The notes: a model not told the origin generated them from the sequence alone. A stretch of 64,000 bases of DNA from Antedon mediterranea (GCF_964355755.1 NC_092672.1:18675237-18739236); one strand, 5' to 3'; shown: positions 1 through 13,409, counted from the first letter of the stretch. Translations and numbers: made by a program.

Positions 1-41
1 TTGCGTTTTAGTTTAGCTGCAACGACCGAGTTTCAAAGGAT

Positions 42-1934
42 ATGACTCGACCGAGAGTACATTTCCGTGGAACCAGTGAGAAAAGGCTATCAGGAAATCA
101 CAAAGAGGTCACAGAAAAGGTTGCTGATGAACCCAAACAGAAAAGTGAGTGTAACGCAGTTTGGAAACCAACGGATCGAGATGAAGAAAACAGTCCATGT
201 AGATCACCAGCTGGTCCCTCTGGCGATTTGTACCTTCAGGAACAATCATTAACTAAACATGGAATTTTGCCCAATATATCAAGTGGGACCAAACGAACCA
301 TTACTTCAGATACAGCAATAACAACCAAGGTAAAACCTAGGAACTCTCTTCTAACACAACAAAGACCACCCTTTGTTGTTGGAAAACACAAACAGGATCC
401 TGTACCATTGTCAATGAAGTTTGGTCAAAATCGAGCACACTCAGCTTTTGCTCCAAATGTCAGTAATAAGTTTCATCAAGCTTGCTTTTCCCAACCTCAA
501 GAATCTATACTTAAATCAACTTTGATAAAATCTCGAAAAAAAAATTTGCGAATGTCTACAACAGAAAACACAAATGGAGAAAATACTGTTCAAAAACATG
601 ATCAGCATTTGAGTTGCATCGCAGAAATAAGTAAAAATAATCAATCCTTTATGTTATTCAATGATGCTTCCACACAATCATGCTTTGAAAAACGCAAATA
701 TTTTATTGAAAAGCACAAACAGATATCACGTGGTATTTTGTTAGACCCATTGGTTGAAAACATTATCATTAAAGCTGAAAACGACGAAATGGTACAAGGT
801 GATTTGAAAAAAGAGAAAAAGAATCCTTGCACCGAATTAAAAGATACAGAGAGAAAGACTGATTCAAGCTACATCAAACAAGTTGAAATGGATAGCAATA
901 ATTCCCGTAATGATAAAGTGATATGTCAGTATAAAATAAAGACAAAAACAAGTAAACATATTTCAAGTGAAGAGAATAAGATGGAAATAAAAGATGAGGT
1001 AATAGAAAATACAGATTTGTTGCCGCAAAATGATTTCAATATAAATAATCAACCTTTACAACATAGTGATCTAATTTTGGAAAAATTAACGTTTAATGTA
1101 GATTATTGTAATGACAAAGAACGCTTCCTGACAACAGATGATCAGATAGAGGGTGAGAAAGAATCTAACACGACGATGGAAGTAGATAAAGAACACGAAC
1201 TACCGATTGAAGTTGTCAATAATTGTGAAATATCTGATAAGCAACCCGATGTCTTACCTAATTGCGAAATTGATATCCAACATGAAAATAGAAAAATTGA
1301 AGTTAGTGAAGAAATTGAAACCACTGATCAGTGTGCCGAAATGGAGGAAACAGAACCTGCAGCAACTGTCTTGGCTATAAACTACTCTGCTAATGATACT
1401 CCAAAATGTAATGATGCCCTCACCACTTTTTCTGCTAATCAAGAATTGAACATTGATGATAAAGAAGATAAAGTAGAAACCACAACCGGCAGTAGTGCTG
1501 AACAAATATGTGACATTGAAAATGATGAATCTGTGGATGTTATTCAAAGATTTGCAATTAGTCACAACCCAATCGGCCGTGTAAAGGGTAATACGGCATT
1601 TGATCATGCGTTTGACAAGCTGTTGACTCTTGAATATTACGGAAATCTTTTGGCAAGGTTGTCGAAACATTCTCAAATTCGACTCATTGAAGCTTTGAAT
1701 CTAGTAAGCCGGAATGACCGAGTGTACAATGCTGCGCTAAAGAGCGAAGCGTCAGTGGAACTAGACAAAGCACTTGACGTGTTCTTAGGTCAATTTGCAA
1801 ACTCACTCATGTCATATTATAATGTAGCTGCATCTGAAGCTAATGCTTCTACCTTTTATAAGTGGTTCAGTCAAGCTGAGAATGAAATGGCAGCTGATCT
1901 TACTGAAGCAGGAGACGCCAACGACAACTTTTAG
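42..1934 (+). CDS. Uncharacterised 630-aa ORF; probably a large terminal or single exon. Long disordered acidic/Lys-rich region followed by a ~130-aa helical-looking C-terminal domain
   Basis: 1.9-kb stop-free frame in AT-rich DNA; possible acceptors (TTTTAG/TTTAG at ~6-16) just upstream; AATAAA motifs downstream (~1991, ~2049); no family recognised. Confidence 0.65.
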   Translation: MTRPRVHFRGTSEKRLSGNHKEVTEKVADEPKQKSECNAVWKPTDRDEENSPCRSPAGPSGDLYLQEQSLTKHGILPNISSGTKRTITSDTAITTKVKPRNSLLTQQRPPFVVGKHKQDPVPLSMKFGQNRAHSAFAPNVSNKFHQACFSQPQESILKSTLIKSRKKNLRMSTTENTNGENTVQKHDQHLSCIAEISKNNQSFMLFNDASTQSCFEKRKYFIEKHKQISRGILLDPLVENIIIKAENDEMVQGDLKKEKKNPCTELKDTERKTDSSYIKQVEMDSNNSRNDKVICQYKIKTKTSKHISSEENKMEIKDEVIENTDLLPQNDFNINNQPLQHSDLILEKLTFNVDYCNDKERFLTTDDQIEGEKESNTTMEVDKEHELPIEVVNNCEISDKQPDVLPNCEIDIQHENRKIEVSEEIETTDQCAEMEETEPAATVLAINYSANDTPKCNDALTTFSANQELNIDDKEDKVETTTGSSAEQICDIENDESVDVIQRFAISHNPIGRVKGNTAFDHAFDKLLTLEYYGNLLARLSKHSQIRLIEALNLVSRNDRVYNAALKSEASVELDKALDVFLGQFANSLMSYYNVAASEANASTFYKWFSQAENEMAADLTEAGDANDNF

Positions 1935-2721
1935 CGTGTGTTTTGTTTTTAAATCCACCGAAAACGTAGCATATTTTCATAGTTTCCTGAAATAAATTTC
2001 TGTTTCAAATGTAATTGTTTTTTTCTAACTTATTAAACAAATGCGATAAATAAAGATTAAATATGTTTGATGATTTACTGTATTTTAATCTTTAAAGTAT
2101 TACAGACAATTCATTTTAATTACTTGTTTATTGTTACGTGATAAATATATTTTCAATGAAATCAAACGACAACTCGACTTAGCCCGTACTAATAATATAA
2201 AGTTAGATGTGTTTGTTGTGTAAACTGTTAAACACATGCTTGACTATTGTAAACGACAAAGGAAGACATTGATATATGACGTATGCTGCAGTTTTTTTGT
2301 GGAAAATAGGTCAAAAAATCAAAATCTTTATGCTCTCTCTACGGGTCTAACTGTTAAAACTAGAAAATATGACTTTTCTTGCCACAGTAAGATAAGATAA
2401 GATTTATAAAGCGCACATATCCACAAAGTGCTCAAGGGCAGTAGGGGTACTATAGAGTGCATCGTACCACCCTCGACCCTACGACAGTTTCACTTCCTAA
2501 AAGATAAGCATCATCGTTGATTTGTTTTGCTAAATCGGATTTAGTTAAATAATTAAACATTCTGCTGACGGCAACATGCTCATGTAACACCACCTAACTC
2601 CTAATATTAACCAAACCTTCTAAATAATCGCTCACTAATTTAGTATGTCATGGATGCAGGTTGCTGTCAGAATACGGCACGCTGGGATTGATACGATATG
2701 ATGCCGCTCGTGCATACTTAC

Positions 2722-2857
2722 CCAGGTTAGTGACAATTGACCATCCATTAATTACAAGAGATGTTGGGAATGAAACGGAAAACGTCATGTGACCCATATC
2801 CATACTATGTGAATTTGAAGAGTTAGCAGAACCAACCATCATGTCCATACTGTCCAT
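2722..2857 (-). CDS. First coding exon of a CTR/SLC31-family copper transporter; the gene continues leftwards
   Basis: MDSMDMM...HSMDMGHMTFSVSFPTSLVINGWSIVTNLG: Met/His-rich N-terminus, then M-x-F...L-x-x-x-W as in Ctr1/Ctr2; donor G|GTAAGT at 2722/2721; polypyrimidine-AG acceptor at 2860 just before the ATG. Confidence 0.75.
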
Positions 2858-3057
2858 TTCTTTAAAGAAAAGGAAATAGATTGCCGTAGTACTGTAGTAG
2901 GCTCCAATATATTTCGTCGCGTGGTTTATAAAACCTGGTAGGTATCAAATTATGTGTTCTAGAGGGTCTACGTGTCGGAACCTACAAAATTCAATGATAA
3001 TACTACTTCGGCAGGCAGAGCAGCCATCGTTAGTTAATTACTGTTACGCCTACTTAC

Positions 3058-3140
3058 CTTTCTTGTTCCAATTGTGCTTCCGTCCGTTGGTCTTGCGATG
3101 ATCTGAGTGTCTAAATGTCTAAATGAGAGGTTCAGTGAAT
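3058..3140 (-). other. Putative non-coding 5' exon of the CTR gene (5' boundary approximate)
   Basis: Strong donor AAG|GTAAGTA at 3058/3057 on the minus strand, matching the acceptor at 2860. Confidence 0.45.
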
Positions 3141-3762
3141 GTGAATTTAAAATAAGAGTTTACTATTGTTATTGTTCAATTGTTATGAACCGATGAGGCG
3201 ATTGTATTTTACACCTTTACAATTCGACACAATACAATTGTATCTAACAATAGGTCATCGTAACTGAGATTCTAACATGTACACAGTGGAACAGGACCTA
3301 ATGGAAGATTCAATCATATTATATTTCTGAGGCAGACCTTTATAATTACTATAACTTTATAATAGAAGAGATGCTTAAGCAGGGCTAGTAGTTAGTTAAT
3401 AATTATAATGTATATCTGATATTTATCGATGATAGCATCGGAATATAAAACAAAGAAGTTAGACTCTCGTATAATTGCTATTTTGTCCATAGTTAGCGAC
3501 GGTGAAATAGGCATAAAATGGTGATGGGATTTTTAATTATAGGTTTTAAAGGGTGCACTTTATTTTTCACCAAAACGACTTTTTAAGATTTTACAATAAA
3601 AGATCATTTGGAGGCATGTCTATTATGAAAACAAAACACCAAGACAGAAACAGTTTTAATTAATTTTGTGGAAAAAAATGATTTCGGTCATAAAAAAATA
3701 CAAAATAAAACACATAAATCAGATCGATCGGTTGACAGTTTTTTGTTCACATGCTACTAGCA

Positions 3763-3800
<38 letters not shown>

Positions 3801-3988
3801 TATTTTTATGGGTACAATCAATGATATATAGCCGAAGGCTGGATGGCAAACTACAATGTTATCGCAGTTTAAAAAGTGATTTTCCATGGAGAGGGAACCA
3901 ATAAGATGGTGGCTGAAATCGCATTACTATACGCAGTGTTGCGCCTATCTACGTGAGATAACGATACGCAACACGTACGTATAATAGT

Positions 3989-4900
3989 CAAAATGGCCGC
4001 CACTTTTATATAAAATGTGCATAAAATCAGATCTAAATAAGGTAGATACACAATCTTGGTGTCTAAGCACATGTACTTCAGACACGGAATCCATTAGGCC
4101 TTGTTGACACTTCAGTTTTTGCCTCGTATTGAAATGGCGGCCATTTTTCAAAATGGCCGCCATTTTTATATAAAATGTGCATAAAATCAGATCTAAATAA
4201 GGTAGATACACAATCTTGGTGTCTAAACATGTACTTCAGACACGGAATCCATTAGGCTTTGTTGACACTTCAGATTTTGCCTCGTATTGAAATGGCGGCC
4301 ATTTTGAAAAATGGCCGCTAATTTTATAAAAATGTGCATACAATCGGATCTAAATAAGGTATATGCACGATCTTGGTGTCTAAACACATGTACTTCAGAC
4401 ACGGAATCCATTAGGCCCTGTTGAAACTTCCTTTTCCCCTTTATAATGAAATGGAGGCCATTTTTTAAAATGGCGACCAATTTTATATAAATGTACTTAA
4501 AATCGGATCTAAATAAGGTAGGCCTAGATACACAATCTTGGATTCAAAATGGCGACCTATTTATATAAAATATGCTTAAAATCTAAATATGGTAGATTCA
4601 CGATCTTGGTGTCCAAATAGAAATCCATTAGATTTATAATAAATATGACTAGGTTAAAAGATAATTGTATTTAGGCCTAACTGGCTGCTAATTTTTGTAA
4701 TGGCTGCCTAATTTTTCTAAAAAGTGCTTAAAAGCGGAACTAATTAGGCTAGATCTTGGTCTAAACTCATGTTTTTTCAGGCAAGGAATCCATTAAATCT
4801 ATAATAAATAAATTTAAATAGTTTGATTAATTTTTTAAGTTAAATTTTATTTAGGATTAAATGCACAGTAGCTAACATTTTTCAAAATGGTTACCTAATT
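3989..4900. repeat. ~160-bp tandem repeat (about 3 good copies, then degenerate copies) rich in AAAATGGCSGCC motifs
   Basis: Unit aaaatggccgcc...atctaaataaggtagatacacaatcttggtgtctaa...cagacacggaatccattagg recurs at ~3989, ~4149, ~4307 and ~4467. Confidence 0.85.
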
Positions 4901-5076
4901 TATCTGTTCATGAAATCGAAAATCTGTAATTTGTTTTACAAATTGGTAAAGGTTTAGTTTGTATAGAGCCATGACTAGGATTTTAAAGCCTCAGCTTTTG
5001 TTGAATTCATTTGCATGTAACTTCACAGATGTTTCAGCTTGACTGTAGGCCCTCCTATTACATAAACTAATATTAT

Positions 5077-5550
5077 TTACCTCCGCTAAGGAGATATATG
5101 TAGTCTATGGCGTACCCAAATTATAAACCCCAGCAGGATTTGAACTATGTAAAGCTAATATCTAAAGCAAAAAAATGTATCATTCAACATGCTCCCTATC
5201 AGTGGATATATTTTGCCAAGTAGGCCTAATTCACTCAGTTTCTGAGGGCTTTCATTTGTTTGTCTGTTTGTTAGCAGGATTACTCAAAAATTTATTGCAA
5301 GATCTTTACCAAAATTAGGGTTAGATAGATATGTGGTCAAGTTATACTCCATTACATTTTGGAGGCAATCCGGACCACGGTCCCAATTTTCGACCACTTT
5401 TTAGTATTATTTTCAGACCTGCTAGTAAAAGATAGGAGAGAATTTTCAAAAGCCGGCGAGAAGTCTTAAAGAAACAAGTAAACTGAAACTGCATTTTATT
5501 GAGAACTACTTGTCCAAAAAACTTATTTAGATCCGATTTTATGCACATTT
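5077..5550 (+). mobile_element. Non-autonomous Helentron/HINE-like repeat fragment; related copy at ~6905-7506
   Basis: 5' TTACCTCCGC motif at 5077; 5265-5520 is similar to 6910-7145; 3' GGCAGAGGTATGCACTCTCGGAGTGGCTTTCTAGTT (subterminal IR, hairpin, CTAG) at 7471-7506. Confidence 0.5.
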
Positions 5551-6092
5551 TATAAATGTAACATTCCACTCCCCCTAACTTGATTTCTAAGCATCTTTTC
5601 AGATTTTTGTCCTAGACTATAAACGCGAACGCATTCTATGTGATCCTCGTATAAATATATAAAAATGCTAGATTACCAGGAAATTATTCTTTCCATTGCG
5701 ATTAACAATATGTTTAATTTCACTGTGCTTTTACAAGAATATGTGTTGTAATTTATGTGGTCTTAATGTATTATATTAGATTATTATTTATTATTTTAAA
5801 TAATGTTTTTGAACATATTTACATATTTACTCGAAGGCCCGCTTATTTTGAATCGGCATTTATTTATTATATACCATCTAGAACACTCTGTCAGAGTTAC
5901 AGATTAAATTTATATAAATTATATTATATCTTGTTGGTTCCCCCTCCACATTGGAATCACTTTTCAGTCTGGAATACGCCCTCTAGCTTTCGGGTTATTA
6001 CATCTCTCTGGGTCAATGATTTTATATAGCCGAATCTCATCATCACCGTTTTAAGCTTAGCGCCCTCATTATAATGTTTTGATAGTAAAAAC

Positions 6093-6377
6093 ATGGCTGC
6101 CTCCATGGACACTACTCAACAATTACAAATGTCAAAAGTGTATACATTAATTTCTAGGATTAAGCAGAATGTTTCCGTTAATGATATAATTGACTGTTTA
6201 AAAACTTTAAAAGCACAGTTTGTTAAGCAATCATATGGATGTACACACATTGTACAATGCAATGGAATTCCAATTTTAATTGCATTGCTAGAGTCCACAA
6301 AGTGCACTCGCATAATGGATCTCTGCCTTAGTGTCTTGGCTGACTGCTCATTGCAACTAGAAGAGATACGGCTTCTG
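6093..6377 (+). CDS. ARMC5: ARMC5-like ARM-repeat/BTB protein, exon 1
   Basis: AAAACATGGC start; ARM-like GIPILIALL...IMDLCLSVLADCS; phase-0 donor CTG|GTGAGA. Confidence 0.75.
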
Positions 6378-6904
6378 GTGAGAACCTGGAGCTGCCCTGG
6401 CTTTTTACTTGAGTTAAGGGTAGACTATAGTATTTAGAGTGAGATTACCAGGGTGTCTAACTAAAGTAATTAATGATTTAAAAAATAGGGCTAGCCAGGC
6501 CTATTTAGTATAGATAGGCCTGCCAGTGCTAGGCCTATTTGTTATTATAATTTATATTCTAGGCCCTAGGCCTAGACTCCTAGTAGTAGTAGTACTATTA
6601 TCTGTGTGGTAGTACTAGAGTAGTAGGCCTAAACTAGGAGAGACTAGGCCTAAGTCTAGCTAGAAAGGTGGGTGTCACAAAACCTAAGATCACGAAACCT
6701 CGTTGCTGTTCTATTGTTAGTCGACTGAAGCTATTGTTAATGTTAGTTGAACATAACCTTTTACACCAAACTCGTATACACATGATTGTAGTGAAATTAG
6801 CCTAAATCACACAGCGTAAGACACACACTTATGGTGAAAATTGGGTCAATGTCAGGAGGCCAATTTTGATTTAGCCAAAGTATCGCGCAATGCGCGAAGA
6901 CTAG

Positions 6905-7506
6905 TTTGTTTGTTTGTTAGGATTACTCAAAAAGTAATTACAAGATCTTTACCAAAATGAATATAAAGATAGATATGTGGTCAAGGACCATTCCATTGGT
7001 CCCAATTCTGGACCACTTTTTAGTATAATTTTCAGACATGCTAGTGTTAAAAGATAGGACAGAAGTTTTCAAAAGCTGGCGAGCAGTCTTAATAAAGTAA
7101 TAAGTAAACTGAAATTACATTTTCTCGAGAACTACTTGTCCAAATAACTTCATTTTTGTACAAGAGGCAAGAGTTATAATTTGTAATTTTAAAACATAAT
7201 TTGATTTGATGTGCACCTTTTTTGATGTGAGTTGTTTAAAAAACCTATTTCTTTTCAAATTCACTCGTTTGATTTTCGCGTTTGCTGTTCTATTGTTAGT
7301 CAACTGAAGCTGTTGTTAATTGAAAGGCTTGTTACATAACCATTACACCAAACTTGCATACACATCTTGTAGTGAAATTAGCCTAAATCACAAACAGCAT
7401 TAAGACACACACAAATATATATCTATATTTTTTTTCCCGGAGAAATCTTATGTAGGAGAATTTTACAGTAGGCAGAGGTATGCACTCTCGGAGTGGCTTT
7501 CTAGTT
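6905..7506 (+). mobile_element. Non-autonomous Helentron/HINE-like element in ARMC5 intron 1
   Basis: (GTTT)n start, similarity to 5265-5520, 7283-7410 duplicates 6705-6830, 3' hairpin followed by CTAGTT. Confidence 0.5.
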
Positions 7507-9550
7507 AAATTAATTATTGGTTATCCGCACTTGATGGATAACCCCTTGTTATTGTCAGGATCTTTTTTTTTTCTATCTTATTCTTCTTTGCCCGAATTTT
7601 TTGTCATGTGTATCTCTAATTCTTATGAACATAACATCGTTTAACTTTGTCAGAAGATTGACCTCTAACTGTAGAAGTACAGGAAACTTTAACATCATGC
7701 ACACTTAATAGAGCGCATATCCACTTATCCGTATTCCATTTTTCCCCATTTTTTGATATTGTCTAGGTCAATCAATTATCTTTTACATGATTTTCCATTT
7801 TATAAATTGTGATGACGTCATCATGTTCAAAAGCGTGAATAACTTGGGTCACTTATTTTCATCATTCCATTAAATTTAAATATGTTATAGCTAATCAGAA
7901 TGAAAAATGATACTCGTGATTAAAACATTTTCTGGAAGCTGTTGAATTTTAGATACGCTAGGTGGTATTTTCAGTAAGATCAAATATCTTTTGATTCGCA
8001 TAATACATGATGAATGTAAAGGTGGGGAATAACCTATGATGTGTAGCCTAACTGGGCTGAATTGCGCACAGTACATATACTGATCGATCTGCGCATGCTC
8101 GTGCAAGCTCCCTATAAGAATACTAATAAGATGGAAGTGAGCTTTTATCATCTGGATGATGAGACACCAAAATGTCCATATTTCTTAACAGATCTAAAGA
8201 CTCATTTAGTGTGGGTGGATTTTGAAAGTGAGGAAATCTTTCATTCTTGGCAGCTTTTTTTTTAGTAAACCCCATGCACAGTGACCTAAGGATTCAAGTT
8301 CTTTTTCGCTGACCCCTAAGAAGCAACTTCAGAGACAACAAACATCCATACCAGTAAGACAGTCAAAGGCAATTATATGATCACTAATTTTATAAAGGGT
8401 GTTTCACCATTTACAGTAACTATTAGGCAATGCAGAGTGGATATTCCCTCCTGGTTGTTAAACTGACGTTTATCAATATGAAATTAGCTTCGAACAAATT
8501 GAGAAATCTTGGCTAATAATTAAATTTGTCTAAGAGGATTTGGAAGGGCAGATCTAATCTAAAGAAGCATATATGATAATGGTAATTGGAATACTTAGGT
8601 CATATAAGGACATTCTTTTAATACAATATTATATACTGTATATCGATAAGTGGATCTGGCCTTTGATCTCATTTTGAAATTGAATTGTTCAGTAACTGGG
8701 GGTCATAAGCTTGATATAGTTATGTAAATATGTACAATAACTTCTGTGTAAAATGTATCAAAATTTAATTATCGGTTGGTAAATTCAGTATTTTAAATAC
8801 AGTATAAAAAAATAAATCATAAGTGGATAGTAAAATATACAAATTTAGATTTCATGTATGCTGGGTGAAAACAAATAATAGGCCTAATAACTCTCTACCA
8901 TCTCACTACTACATGTTAATTGCAGATCAATTTGCATGTTTTTTTTGTTAGAGAAATGTTTTTTTTGCATGTCAACATTTGCTTTTGGTAATTTAAATTT
9001 GTTACAGTAGTTCTGTCAGGTTAAACAAATTAGTCTGTTCACACCAATGGAGTTGTATTGTATTGGTGTTTTAGCATAAAACACTAAAACACAATCTGTT
9101 TCTGTACATTTAGTGTCTTATATTATAACATTGCCTTGTATTAGTTGTAAACAGTCTTTGATGCTGATGTAATACCCCTTTTACACCGCCAGTAAAAATG
9201 TGGAGTTGATCCGGAATTGTATAACCCGCGTCGTACCCGGGACGCAAAAATGCGGAAATGTAGGCCGGTGTAAACGACATAAAAAGTTAAAAGTCAACCC
9301 GGGACGCACCCAGGATGAACCTGTGTTTGCGGTGTAAAACGCTCAGCGTATCTTTACCCGTTTGTTTACTATCCTCGCTCACTATAGTATTTAATTTACA
9401 TAAAATTAGGATTAGATTTTGTTCGCTTATTTAATAAATAAAACTTATGGTTATTTGTTATTTATTTTTATTTCAAGATATGATTCTTCCCGAGTAGACT
9501 TAATTTTTGTGTGTATTGCAATAAAACAAAATTGTGAGAGGTATAATGTA

Positions 9551-10427
9551 TGGGCGGCCATTAGGGCCAAAATAGACAAACGTTGCCGTACGAACAATTC
9601 CGCTCCCGTAAGCCAAACAAATGGCGTTAAAGACATTATCTGCTCGAGTAAGCCAAACAAATGGCATTAGAGACATTATCCGCTTCCGTAAGTTAAACAA
9701 ATGGTGACTATGTTTATCGAGTGACAAACAAATATTGCCGTACGGACACACGCACACATTGCTGTATGAACAAATTGCCATATGGTTAAATTTCCGAAAG
9801 GACAAAAATTGGCGTCAGGACAAAAATTGGCGTAAGGACAAATTGCCGTAAGGACAAATTTGCGTACAGTCTAACTAAATTTAAATGTTGAGGGCAGCAT
9901 ATTGTGACTGAAACCACTCTGCTCTCTGCTGCTGGGGCTGGGTGGTGGGGAGGATAACATAACATAACCCATCTAAATATATTGCACTTGATTTAGATGA
10001 ATTTCCTTATTTTCGAGAGAAGCAAGGCGCTGAATTCTGTTTCCAAAGTTCGTTACAATTCTCGCTTCCATGATTATGTTTTTATCCCCTCCCCCCCCAA
10101 CCCGGCCCCAGAGCAGAGTGGTTTCAGTCACGTGGTTTTAAAATACTATGATGCCCTCAACGTTTAAATTTAGTTAGACTGTATGCCAATTTGTCCTTAC
10201 ACCAATTTTTGTCCTTACTCCAATTTGTCCTTACGCCAATTTTTGTCCTTACGCCAATTTTTGTCCTTTCTGCAATTTGTTCATACGGCAATGTGTGTGT
10301 GTGTCCGTACGGCAGTATTTTTTTGTCACTCGATAAATATTATGTCTTTAACGCCATTTGTTTGGCTTACGGAAGTGGAATTGTTCGTACGGCAACGTTT
10401 GTCTATTTTGACCCTAATGGTCGCCCA
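9551..10427. mobile_element. Middle foldback MITE with ~250-300-bp inverted arms containing short AAGGACAAAAATTGGCGT subrepeats
   Basis: TA|TGGGCGGCCATTAGGGCCAAAATAGACAAACGTTGCCGTACG... is mirrored by ...CGTACGGCAACGTTTGTCTATTTTGACCCTAATGGTCGCCCA|TA. Confidence 0.8.
9867..10181. mobile_element. Inner Tc1/mariner-type MITE
   Basis: TA|CAGTCTAACTAAATTTAAA... and ...TTTAAATTTAGTTAGACTG|TA; CAGT termini with TA flanks. Confidence 0.75.
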
Positions 10428-12362
10428 TAATAATGAGCAGACAGTTACTATGGTTTCTCTTAATGCGTGAGAGGGCGATATTTCGATTGATCTAGAACAT
10501 TTACACGGGTTGGTATTTTGTAAATACACGCAACCTGTGGCATTCCCGTGTTATGAATCAGGTGTGAAAAGGAAATTTATCCGGACACGACACGGGTTTG
10601 TTATAATGTCGGCGGTGTAAAAGGGGTATAATTCAGCGTATCTAATCGGAATGTTTTGTATGATTACAAAAAGCGTGTCATTTCTCTTTTCTACTCCCTT
10701 CCACAAACCATTTAACTTTTTCATTAAAAATTTAAACTTGAACAATGGAACTCTATATTAAATTGGTACTGTTATCTTTTTTATTCAATGTTTGATGTTG
10801 TCTTTATCTTCTTGTTCTGTACATTTTTATATTATTATAAATATTTATAATAAAAATGAGCAATGAATTTCCGGAAGGATAAATAAATATAACTTGAATT
10901 TGAATTGTAACCAAAAGCACTGCCCTGAGTCTGAACACATTTGTTTTTTCTCTGCAGTATATAAATTGACCTTGTTGTACACTAAAATAACTCAATTGGT
11001 GTGACATAGTGTGTCATTTCTATAAAATCTGTGATGAAACAGTAGAACGACATACATAAATTATACATGAATTATTTGTCCCTGTCAAACAATGGGAAGC
11101 TGTACCACCAACTGGAATAGTTACTTCATAGAAAAAAGACCCAATACATTAATGATACAATTTGAACAATTGACTGTTGACTATAAACACTAATGTTTTA
11201 TTTGGTGTTATTGTTGTCTTATAAATTATCAATTCTTGTAATAACTAATATTAATTAAAATCTCAATTACAAATTGTAAGTGAGTCATAATAATACATAT
11301 TATTATTTAAAAAAAAATTCTAAATATTTATCATAGTGTACGTATTATGTTATAAAATGCCAGCGTACACGCATATTGCAATCTGTTTTGTTTATACCAG
11401 CATACATTGTATTAAGGGTGTATTTAAACTTACCAGTAGTGTTGTTAAAACTAAATAATGTATGTCTTGTGATACAAATTAACCAATGAAATAGCAAGGA
11501 TTATTTTCGGTGCATTATAGTAATATTAAATTCCCTTTTTTCATATTTAAAATATCTCATTTTACTGTCTAATTTGATCATTTTAAAGCACATGCAACAT
11601 TAAAAATTACCCATACTAAAATGAATATTACAACGTAAATTTGAAAATGTCATGGTTGATTGCACTGTGAATGTCATGGTTGATTGCACTGTGATTGAAT
11701 CAATTATAATTCAAATTGTACTGTATGCATTAGTCAAGTAAAATCATAAATTTCAGACTAGCTAATGATATTACTGTGGAAATTATTATAAGCATATAAA
11801 ATGTAGCCTGAAGCATGTGTGTACACACCTTTTTGTATTTATTGTTTTCTTAGATATTGAATTTACCCTTACATATATTATTAATTTTGCAGCTGTTGTG
11901 GATTCATTTCCAATTTTACGTTGGTGGGAATATAAAACAAAACTATGTAGGCATAAAAATATCAAAATATTGATATGCTATTTAAGAATTGAATAATTGG
12001 TGTGATTATCAATTCCTAGTTAAAGATGCTTTTTACCATTTCATCAACAATGTATACAAAAGAATGGTTATTTGACAACTTATTAAATGAAAAACACAGC
12101 CTGTGTAAAAAATGTCATCCAAATATTAAGATTAATATATAATACAATTTTAATAATAAAGCATTTTTTAAAAGATGTACAGTATTAATATTAATTTTTA
12201 AAAATAGCAGTGTATTATATATATTGGTGTATACCGTAATTAAAATTTGTTAATTTAGCATTGGAAAAATCATCCATTTTTTATGACAGATCTTGTGTTT
12301 GACAGAATTCTAATTAAAGATCACTAATTGTGGCACACTGTAATAACTATAGCAGATGGCTG

Positions 12363-12590
12363 TGTTATTGATCTATGCATTGTAATAATAGCATTCCCGG
12401 TCATTCTGCATAAACCACTATGTTATTGATCTATGCATTGTAATAATAGCATTCCCACTCATTCTGCATAAACCACTATGTTATTGATCTATGCATTGTA
12501 ATAATAGCATTCCCAGTCATTCTGCATAAACCACTATGTTATTGATCTATGCATTGTAATAATAGCATTCCCAGTCACTCTGCATAAACC
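12363..12590. repeat. 58-bp tandem repeat, ~4 copies
   Basis: tgttattgatctatgcattgtaataatagcattccc...tctgcataaaccacta at 12363, 12421, 12479, 12537. Confidence 0.95.
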
Positions 12591-12600
12591 ATATAGTCTA

Positions 12601-13409
12601 GTAGGAAGGAGGGGTTACCGTGCACCCCCATGATGTATTTTTTTAATGTACATTTTTGTAATCCTGAATATATGTAATTAACATTTTTTGATGTTCCCAA
12701 GACGAAATATTGTCCCATGGGGTTTTTTGGGGGCCATTTTGGTGGCCATCTTGGATTTATCAAAATCATAAATATAGACGGTACTTGACAAAGACTGATC
12801 ATAGAGGTCTGATTTTGGTCTTAAATTGTTCCGAATATGCACATTTCTATGTACTATAATGAAAAGTTTTTGTTCAAAATGGCCGTAAATATAAATATAG
12901 GTCGAATACAAAAATAACCTAAATTATTGCGAAAATCGTTATGCAATAATGTCAAAGGTCAAAAATGATATTTCCCGTCAAATTTCAAAAATATGTTCCA
13001 TTAAAGCGAATATAAATATGGATATTCTGAACAATTTAAGACAAAAATAAAATCTTTATGACCAGGGGTTACCAAGATATGACCCTTATGTAAAAACAAG
13101 GTCAAAGGTCAAAAGTGGCATTTACGGCCATTTTGAAAAAAAACTTTTCATTATAGTACATAGAAATGTGCATATTCTGAACAATTTAAGACCAAAATCA
13201 GACCTCTATGATCAGTCTTTGTCAAGTACCGTCTATATTTATGATTTTGATAAATCCAAGATGGCCACCAAAATGGCTCCCAAAAAACCCCATGGGACAA
13301 TATTTCGTCTTGGGAACATCAAAAAATGTTAATTACATATATTCAGGATTACAAAAATGTACATTAAAAAAATACATCATGGGGGTGCACGGTAACCCCT
13401 CCTTCCTAC
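12601..13409. mobile_element. MITE/foldback element with ~290-bp near-perfect TIRs
   Basis: 12601-12888 is the reverse complement of ~13122-13409; gives mirror ORFs 12575..12802(-) and 13208..13417(+). Confidence 0.85.

Larger units (their letters stand above)
9175..10626. mobile_element. Outer MITE with 16-bp TIRs and TA flanks
   Basis: TA|CCCCTTTTACACCGCC ... GGCGGTGTAAAAGGGG|TA. Confidence 0.75.
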
